Below, piece after piece: positions 22,029 to 31,322 of a DNA stretch of 64,000 bases. Within the stretch, counting starts at the first letter, position 1, and every line of letters starts with the position of its first letter. Both the position numbers and the translations under genes were made by a program. Below the pieces are notes generated by a model, which was not told the origin of the DNA, made no database searches, and worked only from the letters and a program-made list of their open reading frames with translations. The stretch is from an uncultured virus (IMG/VR IMGVR_UViG_2600255157_000003) (Duplodnaviria > Heunggongvirae > Uroviricota > Caudoviricetes), in IMG/VR virus record IMGVR_UViG_2600255157_000003; one strand, given 5' to 3'.

Positions 22029-23362
22029 GGAACTGTTAATAAATTAATCCTTACAATTGGGTTTGATTTTATAATTCCATTTTCCCAGCTGTTCATACGG
22101 AAAAAGATTGACTTGGGCAAGTTCCTCATCAGATATTTTTCGTCCAGTCTCATAAATATTGTTGTCTACAATACAATCGATTTTTAGACCATTTTGAGTA
22201 GTTGTTCCGGATATCAGACTAACAACAGTTTCAATATCAATAAGCGGCTGACCCTGCCAGTTTTTGGAAATGTAGCAGAACATTCTGTGTTCTATCTTGT
22301 TCCATTTTGATGCTCCTGGAGGATAGTGTGATATCATGACTTCAAGTCCGGTGTAATCTGCAAACTCCTGTAATTCGCATTTCCATGCCCGGCTGCGGGA
22401 AGAATTACTGCCACCGCCATCACATGTTATGTAGATCCTTTTAGATTCAGGAAATGTATTTTTCCCACAAATGTCCCACCATGCTGCGATGCTGGTAACA
22501 GCAAACTCTGATGTATCATGGTTTGTTCCAAGATTAATAAAACCAGTGTTACTGTTTAACACATAAACCCCATATGGGCTGACTTTGCCCAGTTCAGCAA
22601 AAGGAAAGTCATGATCCAGTACCTTGCGCGGATCCTTGGACTTTCGGTATTCTGCTCCGTTGTTCTTAAAATTGCCAATGTTTTCTTTCTTCTTTGTATC
22701 AACGGAGATTACCGGATCGCCGGTCTCAAGATACTGTTTCGCCAGATCATTAATGATCCCAAACTGTTCATCACGGTCAGGACTCGGTTCACCGACCTGC
22801 AGCATTTTCTGGTTTACCTGCTTGCTGTATCCCATATCTGTAAGCAGCTGGGATATTTTTACATAGCTAATCTGTATCCCATATTCATCAGACAGGACAG
22901 CTTCTATTTTTCGCAGACTCATGCTTTGTGGAATCCAATGGATTACTTTGGAAGGATCACCATACGTCTGACCATCAATAATCTTTTCAATAGCGTCAAT
23001 AACTTCTGGATGATGTTCTACAAAAGGTTTGCGTCCCGCTCCTTCTCTACGGATTCGCCCTCCGGACACAATTTCATCACAGTTGTTTGCTTCGATATTT
23101 CCAGAGTGCAGAGTAGAGAATGCAGCTCCTGTCAGTTCTTTGACATGAGTTGCCCCGCCTCTTCCATATACTTCGGTTGCCTTACCAAGAAGGATACGTT
23201 TTTGTTTTTCATCTACAGAATTATTTATCAGTAATATCAATTCGTCAAGTTTTGAAATATCAACATGTATAGCCATTTTTTCCTCCAATACAATTGCTTA
23301 TATTGGAAGATAGTATAGCACAACTTGGTATATTTTGTAAGTAGTTATTTATTAACAGTTCC
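22029..23362 (-). mobile_element. ISAzo13-family insertion sequence, 1334 bp
   Basis: Perfect 16-bp terminal IRs GGAACTGTTAATAAAT (22029-22044 / 23347-23362); 3-bp TSD TAA (22026-28 / 23363-65). Confidence 0.9.
22044..23288 (-). CDS. ISAzo13-family DDE transposase
   Basis: ISVDTKKKE, DHDF, TCDGGGSN, SKWNKIEHR, WNY motifs. Confidence 0.9.
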   Translation of the reverse strand: MEEKMAIHVDISKLDELILLINNSVDEKQKRILLGKATEVYGRGGATHVKELTGAAFSTLHSGNIEANNCDEIVSGGRIRREGAGRKPFVEHHPEVIDAIEKIIDGQTYGDPSKVIHWIPQSMSLRKIEAVLSDEYGIQISYVKISQLLTDMGYSKQVNQKMLQVGEPSPDRDEQFGIINDLAKQYLETGDPVISVDTKKKENIGNFKNNGAEYRKSKDPRKVLDHDFPFAELGKVSPYGVYVLNSNTGFINLGTNHDTSEFAVTSIAAWWDICGKNTFPESKRIYITCDGGGSNSSRSRAWKCELQEFADYTGLEVMISHYPPGASKWNKIEHRMFCYISKNWQGQPLIDIETVVSLISGTTTQNGLKIDCIVDNNIYETGRKISDEELAQVNLFPYEQLGKWNYKIKPNCKD

Positions 23363-23390
23363 TAATGTTTATCACCTCGCTTGCATTGGT

Positions 23391-24230
23391 TTATTCATTT
23401 GGATCGTAATATTCACCATCGTTACTTTTCTTACTAATAGGTTGCGGCTTAAATTCACAAGCGTTATTTCTCTGGCCACACAGGTAATTGCAATAATAGT
23501 AATCCTGATTAGGCAACCACAAAGATTCATTTTCAATAAGTTTCAAAGTATCTTTCGCCCACTGGATAGCCTCATCATATTCTTCTTGTTTCCAAGGTAT
23601 TTCAATCCATTTCTGGTCTTTAAACATATTCCATTTTAATTTGGAAACGCTACCATATTCTTTTACAATGGGGATGGAATATAGATATAGCTGCCTTTTA
23701 AACTCCAAGAAATGTTTTTGATCCGACTTACTGATACTTCCATTTTTCAAAATCTTGATACTTGCTGATTTATGGTCAATTATAATTATTTCTCCCGTTT
23801 CTTTATCCTTAACCAACAAGTCTATATATCCCACAAAATCTTTATCTTCTATTTTGAAATGAATTTCTTTTTCTACTCCAAGGATTTCATATCTGTCTAA
23901 ATCCAAGTCTATATTATTCAAATACTCAATTCCTTTATCATAATAGGACTGCCTAATATCAACATATTTATTTGGAGGAGCATCGTGTGGAACTGACTCA
24001 TTAAAATTTTCTTCGTAATATTGATTCAAGTCAAACAGCGACAATTCGCCTTTAATATATTTTTCAAGTATTTTATGTATTAGTGATCCATATTCTCCAA
24101 AAAAACCATTTTCTGCTTTACTACATTCCAAGTAATGTAAATACCATTCATAAGCACAGTTATAATATGAGTTTAATCGTGAAAAACTCCATGTCATAGT
24201 ATCCATTACAAATAATTCTTCTTCCGTCAA
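23391..24230 (-). CDS. PD-(D/E)XK exonuclease (RecB/Cas4-like)
   Basis: SFSRL..C, GSLIH, GYIDL, IIDHKS, QLYLY, C-terminal Cys cluster. Confidence 0.85.
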   Translation of the reverse strand: MTEEELFVMDTMTWSFSRLNSYYNCAYEWYLHYLECSKAENGFFGEYGSLIHKILEKYIKGELSLFDLNQYYEENFNESVPHDAPPNKYVDIRQSYYDKGIEYLNNIDLDLDRYEILGVEKEIHFKIEDKDFVGYIDLLVKDKETGEIIIIDHKSASIKILKNGSISKSDQKHFLEFKRQLYLYSIPIVKEYGSVSKLKWNMFKDQKWIEIPWKQEEYDEAIQWAKDTLKLIENESLWLPNQDYYYCNYLCGQRNNACEFKPQPISKKSNDGEYYDPNE

Positions 24231-24236
24231 ATATTC

Positions 24237-25256
24237 TCACAGCCTCCTTCTCTCTTTATATAAAATCTCCCACACTACTTTTCCTTTATCACAGGGAGAC
24301 ATCTTATCCTCAACACTTCCTAATAATCTATCTTTTACAAACCTTCTGTCAGTCACAACATAAACATTTGTAAACTTCCTAAGTTTTTCGGTACACTCTT
24401 GTATTTTTTTCATATCAACATCATTGTCATACGCAATGACTACTTTTTTTACACCTAACTTAATTAGCAACAACACTTGTTCGTCATTTAACCATCCAGT
24501 TTCACTTGAGAGCCAGTAATTATATCCCCACCCTTCTACTTTCATGCCGGACTTTATGCCCTCAAAGATGATAACTTCATCGTGAACTATAATGTTTTCG
24601 TAGTTTTCTTTCATCCCTATAAAGAAATCTGTTGTGCCAATCTTCTGATAATTTTGATACTTCTTAATTTTCATTTCCTTATAGTTCTTATATCTTGTAC
24701 GTCCTTTAAATCCTATCAGTCGTAATTCGCTATCATATACAGGGTAGACAATTCTATTTGTTATATTATCAATCCTAATATTGTATTTCTTCATAATGTC
24801 TGGATTGATTCCCTCATCTATCCACTCTTCAGGAGTCTTATCTTCGTATTTATCTATTTCAGAATCATTCAGTATAACTCTATCAACAACACTTTTCTTT
24901 TTAGGTTCTGTTATTCTTGCAAGATTTTTATATACCTTTAATGCGCTGCATTGCTTTAGGTTCTTTACATCTACTCCTGCTAATAAACCAACCTTTTCAA
25001 CCGCATCGTTAAATGACATATTCTCAAATGTCATTAGCCAGTTGATGATATTTCCTCCTACCCCACAAGAGAAACAGTGAAATAAGTTTTTACTTGGCGT
25101 AATTACAAGAGAAGGTGTCTTGTCAATGTGTTTTGGGCAATGGGCAGCATAACTATCTCCACGACCTTCAAAGTCCATATCTTTACTTGCATATTCAAAC
25201 AAATCCACTTTTGAGCATAACTCTATAAGAGCTTCGTTATCGTAGTTGTTAGCCAC
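24237..25256 (-). CDS. DNA primase (CHC2 zinc finger + TOPRIM)
   Basis: CPKH..CFSC, IFEG, YDND. Confidence 0.88.
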   Translation of the reverse strand: MANNYDNEALIELCSKVDLFEYASKDMDFEGRGDSYAAHCPKHIDKTPSLVITPSKNLFHCFSCGVGGNIINWLMTFENMSFNDAVEKVGLLAGVDVKNLKQCSALKVYKNLARITEPKKKSVVDRVILNDSEIDKYEDKTPEEWIDEGINPDIMKKYNIRIDNITNRIVYPVYDSELRLIGFKGRTRYKNYKEMKIKKYQNYQKIGTTDFFIGMKENYENIIVHDEVIIFEGIKSGMKVEGWGYNYWLSSETGWLNDEQVLLLIKLGVKKVVIAYDNDVDMKKIQECTEKLRKFTNVYVVTDRRFVKDRLLGSVEDKMSPCDKGKVVWEILYKERRRL

Positions 25257-25267
25257 CCTTTATCACC

Positions 25268-26635
25268 TCACTTTTCAAATGGATTAGATGATGAATCATG
25301 TTGTTTTGCCTGTTCAATCCTCATCCTATTACCATCAAACTTAAAATCTATATACTCATCTTCTCCCATCTGTTCGCCCATGCGGTTCAAATCTACGGTC
25401 AAAGCAAAATTACCACAATCCAATGTATCCTTTGCAAGTTCCTCTGTTGTTTTATCCCTCCATAGCATACTTGCACTTACATAACGCTCTAGTTTATCTG
25501 AATCTGCAACTTGGTTAGCCCTGTTAAGCTGTGCCCCAGCCAACATTGCAATGTTTAACTCGCCAGCTATATTGTTTTTCAGGAAATCGCATCTTGCGCC
25601 AAGAGCATTATAGTTTTCGGAAGAAGACAGAATATTACTTTTGATATAATCGAAAATGCTGAACTCCAATCCCATCTTGTATTTCAAAATTTTATGTATA
25701 GCATATATTTCCTCATCTGTTGTTTGTGGAGTGTAGATATGAACAAATGGCTGTTTCTTGATCCACTCATTTGTTTTCTCTAATTTCTGACCCTCTTCAT
25801 AAGAATATCTGCCATTTTTAATTCTCTTTACTTCAATTCCTGTTAGGTTTGCAAGCATCCTCTCAAAAAATAATCTATCCTGCATTTCTGTATCAAAGAA
25901 AAGAGTTGGTACACCATTTTTAATTTTATGTATTGCTTCGTTCATGAAAAATGCAGATTTACCCTTTTTCATCCTTGCTTTCAGTAATACAAGTTCCCCT
26001 GGCTCATATGTGAAGTAATCATTTAGTCTTTCATACTTAGAGGGGATGCCATAAACACCGTCCTCCGTCCTGCGACTGCAAATTTCTCTCCACAGTTCAT
26101 CAACACGACTGCCAAACAATTCTATTTCATTTGATGTAATATATTGTTCTGTTAATTTGTTAATTTTCGTATTTACCAGAGAATTGAGTTTGTTTAAATC
26201 TGAATCACTATTGAAACAAGCAGACTGTACTTCCAAAACAACCTTGTTCAAATCTCTCTTAAATGACATTGTAACTACATTATTTACAAGTAATTTGTAT
26301 TCTTCTAATGTATGTCTGCAAGCGAACTGGCTCATCGAAATGAACTCTTGCATATCCGTCAAATTATATTCTTCTATCTTTTTCTTTACAGCCTTATTGG
26401 AGTTGAGCATATTAGTAATGTTGATAGCGTCTATTGTCTCAACACCGTTTTTGTATAATTCCTGTATCGCCCAATAAATACAGCCATTTTCTACATTATA
26501 AAAATATGAAGGTCTTAAATAGTCTGTATGCAATATAAATTCAGGATGATATACCAAAGTCGCAATTACTCCTGCTTCAGCCTGATTGTCTGAGATTAAT
26601 GAAATGTCTAATGCCAAATAGCTATCACCCCTCAC
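25268..26635 (-). CDS. DnaB-like replicative helicase
   Basis: ARMKKGKS Walker A, DTEM, FDYIK, AQLNR. Confidence 0.88.
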   Translation of the reverse strand: MRGDSYLALDISLISDNQAEAGVIATLVYHPEFILHTDYLRPSYFYNVENGCIYWAIQELYKNGVETIDAINITNMLNSNKAVKKKIEEYNLTDMQEFISMSQFACRHTLEEYKLLVNNVVTMSFKRDLNKVVLEVQSACFNSDSDLNKLNSLVNTKINKLTEQYITSNEIELFGSRVDELWREICSRRTEDGVYGIPSKYERLNDYFTYEPGELVLLKARMKKGKSAFFMNEAIHKIKNGVPTLFFDTEMQDRLFFERMLANLTGIEVKRIKNGRYSYEEGQKLEKTNEWIKKQPFVHIYTPQTTDEEIYAIHKILKYKMGLEFSIFDYIKSNILSSSENYNALGARCDFLKNNIAGELNIAMLAGAQLNRANQVADSDKLERYVSASMLWRDKTTEELAKDTLDCGNFALTVDLNRMGEQMGEDEYIDFKFDGNRMRIEQAKQHDSSSNPFEK

Positions 26636-27093
26636 TTTATAATATCTGCAAAACTTTTATTTTGAATCGGAACATGAGTAAATTCCGAGCCAGAATCTTC
26701 TTTAATTTCAATGTTGCCTTTCATGTTCTTCACTTTTGATTTATTATAGGCATCCAACACTTGTTTATTTTGTATTACATAGTAAAGTCCTTGCGGATAA
26801 TTCAATGGTATTTTGTGGTCAATATAATACTGCAATCCAAACAATAGAAAATCGCTACCAAGTCCTTTTGTAAAAACGATATTCTTGATTACACTTTGCA
26901 AGGTTGAATATACGGGATTAGGATTTACATGATTCTTGAACAGATCAATAATCTTTTTGATATCTTCTTTTGTTTGAAAACAGTCTGGATGATAATACGA
27001 ATTACCAGATTTAATTGCCTGTTCTTTGTCTAATGTTTTTTCTAGATGTAAGCACCCAGAATATTTACAAGTAACCGTTGATTGATTTCTCAT
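26632..27093 (-). CDS. Zn-finger replication-associated protein
   Basis: CKYSGC..YYHPDC; lies between SSB and helicase. Confidence 0.55.
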   Translation of the reverse strand: MRNQSTVTCKYSGCLHLEKTLDKEQAIKSGNSYYHPDCFQTKEDIKKIIDLFKNHVNPNPVYSTLQSVIKNIVFTKGLGSDFLLFGLQYYIDHKIPLNYPQGLYYVIQNKQVLDAYNKSKVKNMKGNIEIKEDSGSEFTHVPIQNKSFADIIK

Positions 27094-27142
27094 ATTGAAT
27101 TTTAGGAGGGCTGTTGCACCCTCCGTTCCTCCTATGGAATGA

Positions 27143-27577
27143 TTAATTAAAAGGTAACTCCTCATCTATACCATCAGGAATATTCATAAAACCATCAGCA
27201 GAAGGTGCATTGTTGTTTGCTGGTGCGTTTGAAGGTGCAGACGCTCCACCGCTATTCTTACTCTCAACAAACTCCGCTTCTTCTACAACAACATCTGTCG
27301 TATAAACCTTTACACCGTCCTTGTTGGTGTAGTTACCTGTCTGAATACGCCCCGAAATACCGATAGCCATACCCTTCTTAAAATACTTCTCAATAAACTC
27401 AGCAGATTTACTAAATGCAACACAGTTGATAAAATCTGCATCATAATTACCTTCATTGTTCTTAAAACGTCTGTTTACAGCAACGGAGAAACGTGCAATC
27501 GCACTTGCGTTTTCTCCCTGTGTGTATCTAACCTCTGGATCACGAGTTAATCTTCCTACAAGTTCTACTTTATTCAT
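27143..27577 (-). CDS. ssb: Single-stranded DNA-binding protein
   Basis: NKVELVGRLTRDPE, ADFINC, acidic EELPF tail. Confidence 0.96.
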   Translation of the reverse strand: MNKVELVGRLTRDPEVRYTQGENASAIARFSVAVNRRFKNNEGNYDADFINCVAFSKSAEFIEKYFKKGMAIGISGRIQTGNYTNKDGVKVYTTDVVVEEAEFVESKNSGGASAPSNAPANNNAPSADGFMNIPDGIDEELPFN

Positions 27578-27597
27578 TCTTTCTTATCCTCCTCTGA

Positions 27598-28542
27598 TTA
27601 CGCAATAGGCTTAATAGCCTTAATCTTCTCTAAACATTCTTTCGCTTTGTCAATGTCTCTGAAAGCATTTGGATTTCCGCTAGGTACATAATTCTTCAAT
27701 GTGGTCATCAGTTCTTCATTCTTTGTACCGCCAAGTTTGGTACACATTGCAATAATTTCTTTCTTAACAGCAGAAATATCATCGCTTGCAACATCAGAAC
27801 CAGTATCTTTGTTCCTTACAACGGGAGTATAACCCTCTCCTGAATCTGCCCATTCCATAATTTTTTCGCCATAAGACTCATTCAACAATGTAGCCGTCTC
27901 ATTTTCAAAAATATGGGTGTTATCCTTCTGTACCTCTGCCATATGCGTCTTCTGATCAATCAGGAACGTACAAGTAAATTCATACTCAAAACCGTCTCTC
28001 TGCTTTGCGCCAACACCAAGTTTCTTAACGCTTGTCTTACCTTTTTCATCCTTTTCAAGTTCATACTGATCCTTGCCTCTCATAGTAGCAATTAGATGAA
28101 TAGGACTATCTGCAATAGCTTCAATAAACTTATTGTGTCTAGGAGTTACCTTACCCCATGCCTGATATGTACCACCTGCTTGCTGCTGAAGTTCAAGACA
28201 TCCACCTTTTCCTTCCCATTCGTGAGAAGAACTGTCAATAATGAGAATTCCATATCCTTCTTTTACAGCAAACTCAATGAATTCTACATATTTCTCTGGA
28301 TTATGCGGAGCGTCAATATCAACAATGTCATAATCAAACTCATTAGCGTAGTAATATCCACGCTTTGCCTCTGTGTTGCCAAGCAGGATCTTCGGTCTAT
28401 TACCTGTCTGCTGCTCAATCTTATTTGCCATGCCAGTAGCCAGTTTCAATGCCGAATACGTCTTACCGCCACCGCTAGGACTCATCAATGCTACCTTTAC
28501 ATAAATCTTTTCTCTTACTGCTTTCTTTACCTGAAATCCCAA
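27598..28542 (-). CDS. Sak4-like AAA ATPase / phage recombinase
   Basis: SPSGGGKT, IIDSSSHEW, QRDGFEYEF; next to ssb. Confidence 0.8.
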   Translation of the reverse strand: MGFQVKKAVREKIYVKVALMSPSGGGKTYSALKLATGMANKIEQQTGNRPKILLGNTEAKRGYYYANEFDYDIVDIDAPHNPEKYVEFIEFAVKEGYGILIIDSSSHEWEGKGGCLELQQQAGGTYQAWGKVTPRHNKFIEAIADSPIHLIATMRGKDQYELEKDEKGKTSVKKLGVGAKQRDGFEYEFTCTFLIDQKTHMAEVQKDNTHIFENETATLLNESYGEKIMEWADSGEGYTPVVRNKDTGSDVASDDISAVKKEIIAMCTKLGGTKNEELMTTLKNYVPSGNPNAFRDIDKAKECLEKIKAIKPIA

Positions 28543-28577
28543 ATTTGTTCCTCCTATAAATTAAAATATTTTCACAT

Positions 28578-28688
28578 CATATATAACATCAACAGCCTTT
28601 TCAGACTGGAACATAGAAATTAACAATAGCTATTGTTATTACATATATAACATCAACAACCCACACAGGACTGTAACATAGAGATTAA
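28578..28688 (-). repeat. Two ~46-bp direct repeats around an 18-bp palindrome
   Basis: 28578-28623 and 28642-28688 share CATATATAACATCAACA...GACTG.AACATAGA.ATTAA; TAACAATAGCTATTGTTA at 28621-28638. Confidence 0.8.
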
Positions 28689-28734
28689 ATCTATATAAAA
28701 TCTAATTCATGAGTTTTTATAAATTATTTGCCCT

Positions 28735-30000
28735 TTATAGTGGTATATTTACGACTAACGGATGTGAACCTGCACCCACTATCCCATTGTCAAAAACGTT
28801 TGGGAATACTTTTTTCATTATCTGATAACTACCATTTACATCTGCATTTATCTTTTCTCCTTCCTTCGTTACAAAAAGTCCTCTATGCACTCTTCTCGAT
28901 TTATCATAATTTCCTTTTACTGGCTGCTCACCATCAATAAAACTCGTTCCACTTGTATAACTCTCATCGGTTGTCTTAAATATAATCCCCTCTGCTTCAC
29001 ATTTATAAGCCAGTCTTTGAACTATACTCAAATATGGAATACCAACAAATTTCTGATTCACCTTTTTACTCATATTACTTTCTTGTTTCCATCCAGGATT
29101 ATATCCACAGACCAAAGTATCAATATTATTCTCTTTGCAAAAATCAACCACTATTTTTGTAGATTTCTGAATATAATCATCTATTTTATGATTTCTCTTT
29201 ATGGTGAATCTTCTCATCTCATTTGAATAATCTCTGTTATATCTTTTCTTTAGTTCTGATTGTTTATCAGCAATCATTTTGTTATAATACTGATTCACAG
29301 ATTTCAGAGGTTTACCATTTATGATAAAAGGTTTAATTCCGCAATTTGTTGTAATAGTCATAAGATTATCAATTCCTAAATCAATAGATGCTATTCTATC
29401 AGAATTATCTTCTATATCAGGAACATCAATCTCATAAACAACTTCCATTATGTATTCGCCATTTTTAGGTACAAATCGTAACTGAATTAACTTCTTATCT
29501 TCTGCAATCTTTGTCATAAAAGTATCATTCATCACCTTTAATGGCTTCCAACAGAAAAATATATATCTATTTTTTATTTTAAATTTATGATTATCTAATC
29601 CACATTCATATCTACCTTTATCTTTATCAATATATTTTGGTATTTTAGGTCTTCCACAATATTTACTTGGATTTTTACCATAATCTTTTATACTTTTAAA
29701 GAATCCATTCCAAGCTTTATCTAACTTTCTTAAAGTTGCTTGTCCTACATTACTACCAAGTTCTCTATACGGATCAGAGTCCTTACACAAATTGAATAAC
29801 TCGTTATACTTAATCCAATTTGCATTTTCTCTTAACCCTTCTTCTTTTTCTTTGGAAGTCTGTATAAATTCTTGTCTGATTATATAATTACCATAGTTAT
29901 ACATATTTTTAGACTTCCAACATAACTCATCTATAATTGAAAAGAATTTATTGTTTTTCTTTATTCTATGTTGCTCTACTCTTGTTGTTTTTATTTTTAT
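28735..30000 (-). CDS. tnpB: TnpB RNA-guided nuclease, no tnpA; start probably ATA near 29994-30000
   Basis: SKNMYN, IDLGIDNL, GYNPGWKQ, DESYTS, INADVNG. Confidence 0.9.
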   Translation of the reverse strand: MKIKTTRVEQHRIKKNNKFFSIIDELCWKSKNMYNYGNYIIRQEFIQTSKEKEEGLRENANWIKYNELFNLCKDSDPYRELGSNVGQATLRKLDKAWNGFFKSIKDYGKNPSKYCGRPKIPKYIDKDKGRYECGLDNHKFKIKNRYIFFCWKPLKVMNDTFMTKIAEDKKLIQLRFVPKNGEYIMEVVYEIDVPDIEDNSDRIASIDLGIDNLMTITTNCGIKPFIINGKPLKSVNQYYNKMIADKQSELKKRYNRDYSNEMRRFTIKRNHKIDDYIQKSTKIVVDFCKENNIDTLVCGYNPGWKQESNMSKKVNQKFVGIPYLSIVQRLAYKCEAEGIIFKTTDESYTSGTSFIDGEQPVKGNYDKSRRVHRGLFVTKEGEKINADVNGSYQIMKKVFPNVFDNGIVGAGSHPLVVNIPL

Positions 30001-30161
30001 CACTCCTATAAATCTACACTGTTCTAAAACTCTTAAATGCTCCAATGGTATGTATTGTAGGTTTACTACCATATAAATTCACACTGTTTTAAAACCTGAT
30101 CTTAGTTCTACATCAAGCGTATATAGGTTTATTACCTCATAAATCTATACTGTTTCAAAAC
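29995..30161 (-). CRISPR. Degenerate mini CRISPR array: 3 x 36-nt repeats, spacers of 30 and 29 nt
   Basis: Repeats 30126-30161, 30060-30095, 29995-30030 (GTTTTRRAACAGTRTRRATTTAT...); period 66/65. Confidence 0.7.
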
Positions 30162-30270
30162 ATCAAATTTAGGTATTTGTGAAGAGATAAAATCCGTTCA
30201 CAGGACAAAACCCACGCCCACTATCTAATTGATTTCTCTTTTAGAATACTTTTTGCATGGAATAATTGAC

Positions 30271-30390
30271 TTGAATCAGCCACTCAGAATTGTTATAATT
30301 AGAATAACAATTTGGATTATTCCATTTTGTTTATGTATGGCTCGTTGTCAATTCGGTCGCCAAACTTGTATTGACAACGAGTTTTCTTTT
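30271..30390 (+). ncRNA. Putative sRNA gene, copy 1
   Basis: TTGAAT-N17-TATAAT promoter; 12-bp terminator stem 30341-52/30370-81 with TCGCCAAA loop and T run. Confidence 0.6.
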
Positions 30391-30402
30391 TATTTGTTAT
30401 CT

Positions 30403-31173
30403 TTACAGAATCCTTATAATCTGTTCATATAAACAGCTACTTCTCTCCCAATGAAAAGTTTCATTGACATGCATATGACCAAAGAGCCATGCCTTATAAT
30501 CAATATTCTGCTTAATCTCTTGCAAATAATCAGTCAACCTATCTCTTTGATATAATCCAGAACCACCATCCATATGTCTAAGCAGTGAAGTATATGGACT
30601 ATGAGTTATAATGTAATCTACCTTATTATTCTGCTTTTTAAGATTAGTCAAACCCTCATTCATCTCTTCTTCACTCGGAAGTTCTCTTTCCCACCAGCTT
30701 ATATGATTGATTCTGTATAAAGCATATGGATTCTTGTCTAACTTTTTCTTCTTTTCTTTGAAGTCTGGATCATCAGGTTCCAAAATACCTGCAGATATAT
30801 CATGGCTGCTTGCGCCTCCAAAAGCAAAGAATGACTTATCTTCTATGTCAAATATCTGTCCTCTCATTAGATGAATAACTGATGGACGAATGAAATGCAC
30901 ATTTCCTCCGTGCCACTGTTCTATTGGGCAATTATCAAGTCTATCAAAATTATCATGATTTCCATCAATAAATAATGTCGTGAATGGTTTATTTTCAAGC
31001 CAGTCTAACCAATACTTCTCAGTTTTATTTTCTCCGCTATAATCCCACACAAGACCAAAATCACCAAGAATAATTACCACATCATCTTTTGCCATTTCCT
31101 TCTGCTCTGGAAAAATATCTGTTGAAAATCTTTGTGGATTTCCGTGTATATCACCTGTGATCCAAACCGCCAT
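30403..31173 (-). CDS. Calcineurin-like metallophosphoesterase
   Basis: GDIHG, GDFG, GNHD, THS, GHMH. Confidence 0.9.
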   Translation of the reverse strand: MAVWITGDIHGNPQRFSTDIFPEQKEMAKDDVVIILGDFGLVWDYSGENKTEKYWLDWLENKPFTTLFIDGNHDNFDRLDNCPIEQWHGGNVHFIRPSVIHLMRGQIFDIEDKSFFAFGGASSHDISAGILEPDDPDFKEKKKKLDKNPYALYRINHISWWERELPSEEEMNEGLTNLKKQNNKVDYIITHSPYTSLLRHMDGGSGLYQRDRLTDYLQEIKQNIDYKAWLFGHMHVNETFHWERSSCLYEQIIRIL

Positions 31174-31322
31174 AACTACCTACCTCTTATCTGCTTTCTT
31201 TTCCTTTTTCTCTTTCTGTAACTTTGCTTCCTCTGCTAACTTATTCTCTAATTTTTTTTGTGATACTTCTCATTTTGCCTACTGGCTTCGCTGTAATTCC
31301 CATATGTATATTTTCTCCTTTT

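Noticed and set aside
23391..24230. Cas4 of a CRISPR-Cas locus
   Set aside because: It lies inside the replisome operon with no cas1/cas2; a phage exonuclease is more likely.
28578..28688. Second CRISPR array
   Set aside because: Only two 46-bp units with variable middles and an 18-bp palindromic gap; the geometry does not fit.
28735..30000. TnpB as a nuclease-dead TldR-like protein because the usual RuvC-II Glu is Gly (VCGYN)
   Set aside because: Both Asp motifs are intact and DESYTS offers the alternative Glu seen in rearranged-RuvC TnpBs.
30001..30072. N-terminal extension of TnpB in the ORF track
   Set aside because: It runs through CRISPR-like repeat and spacer sequence; the RBS lies at 30001-30007.
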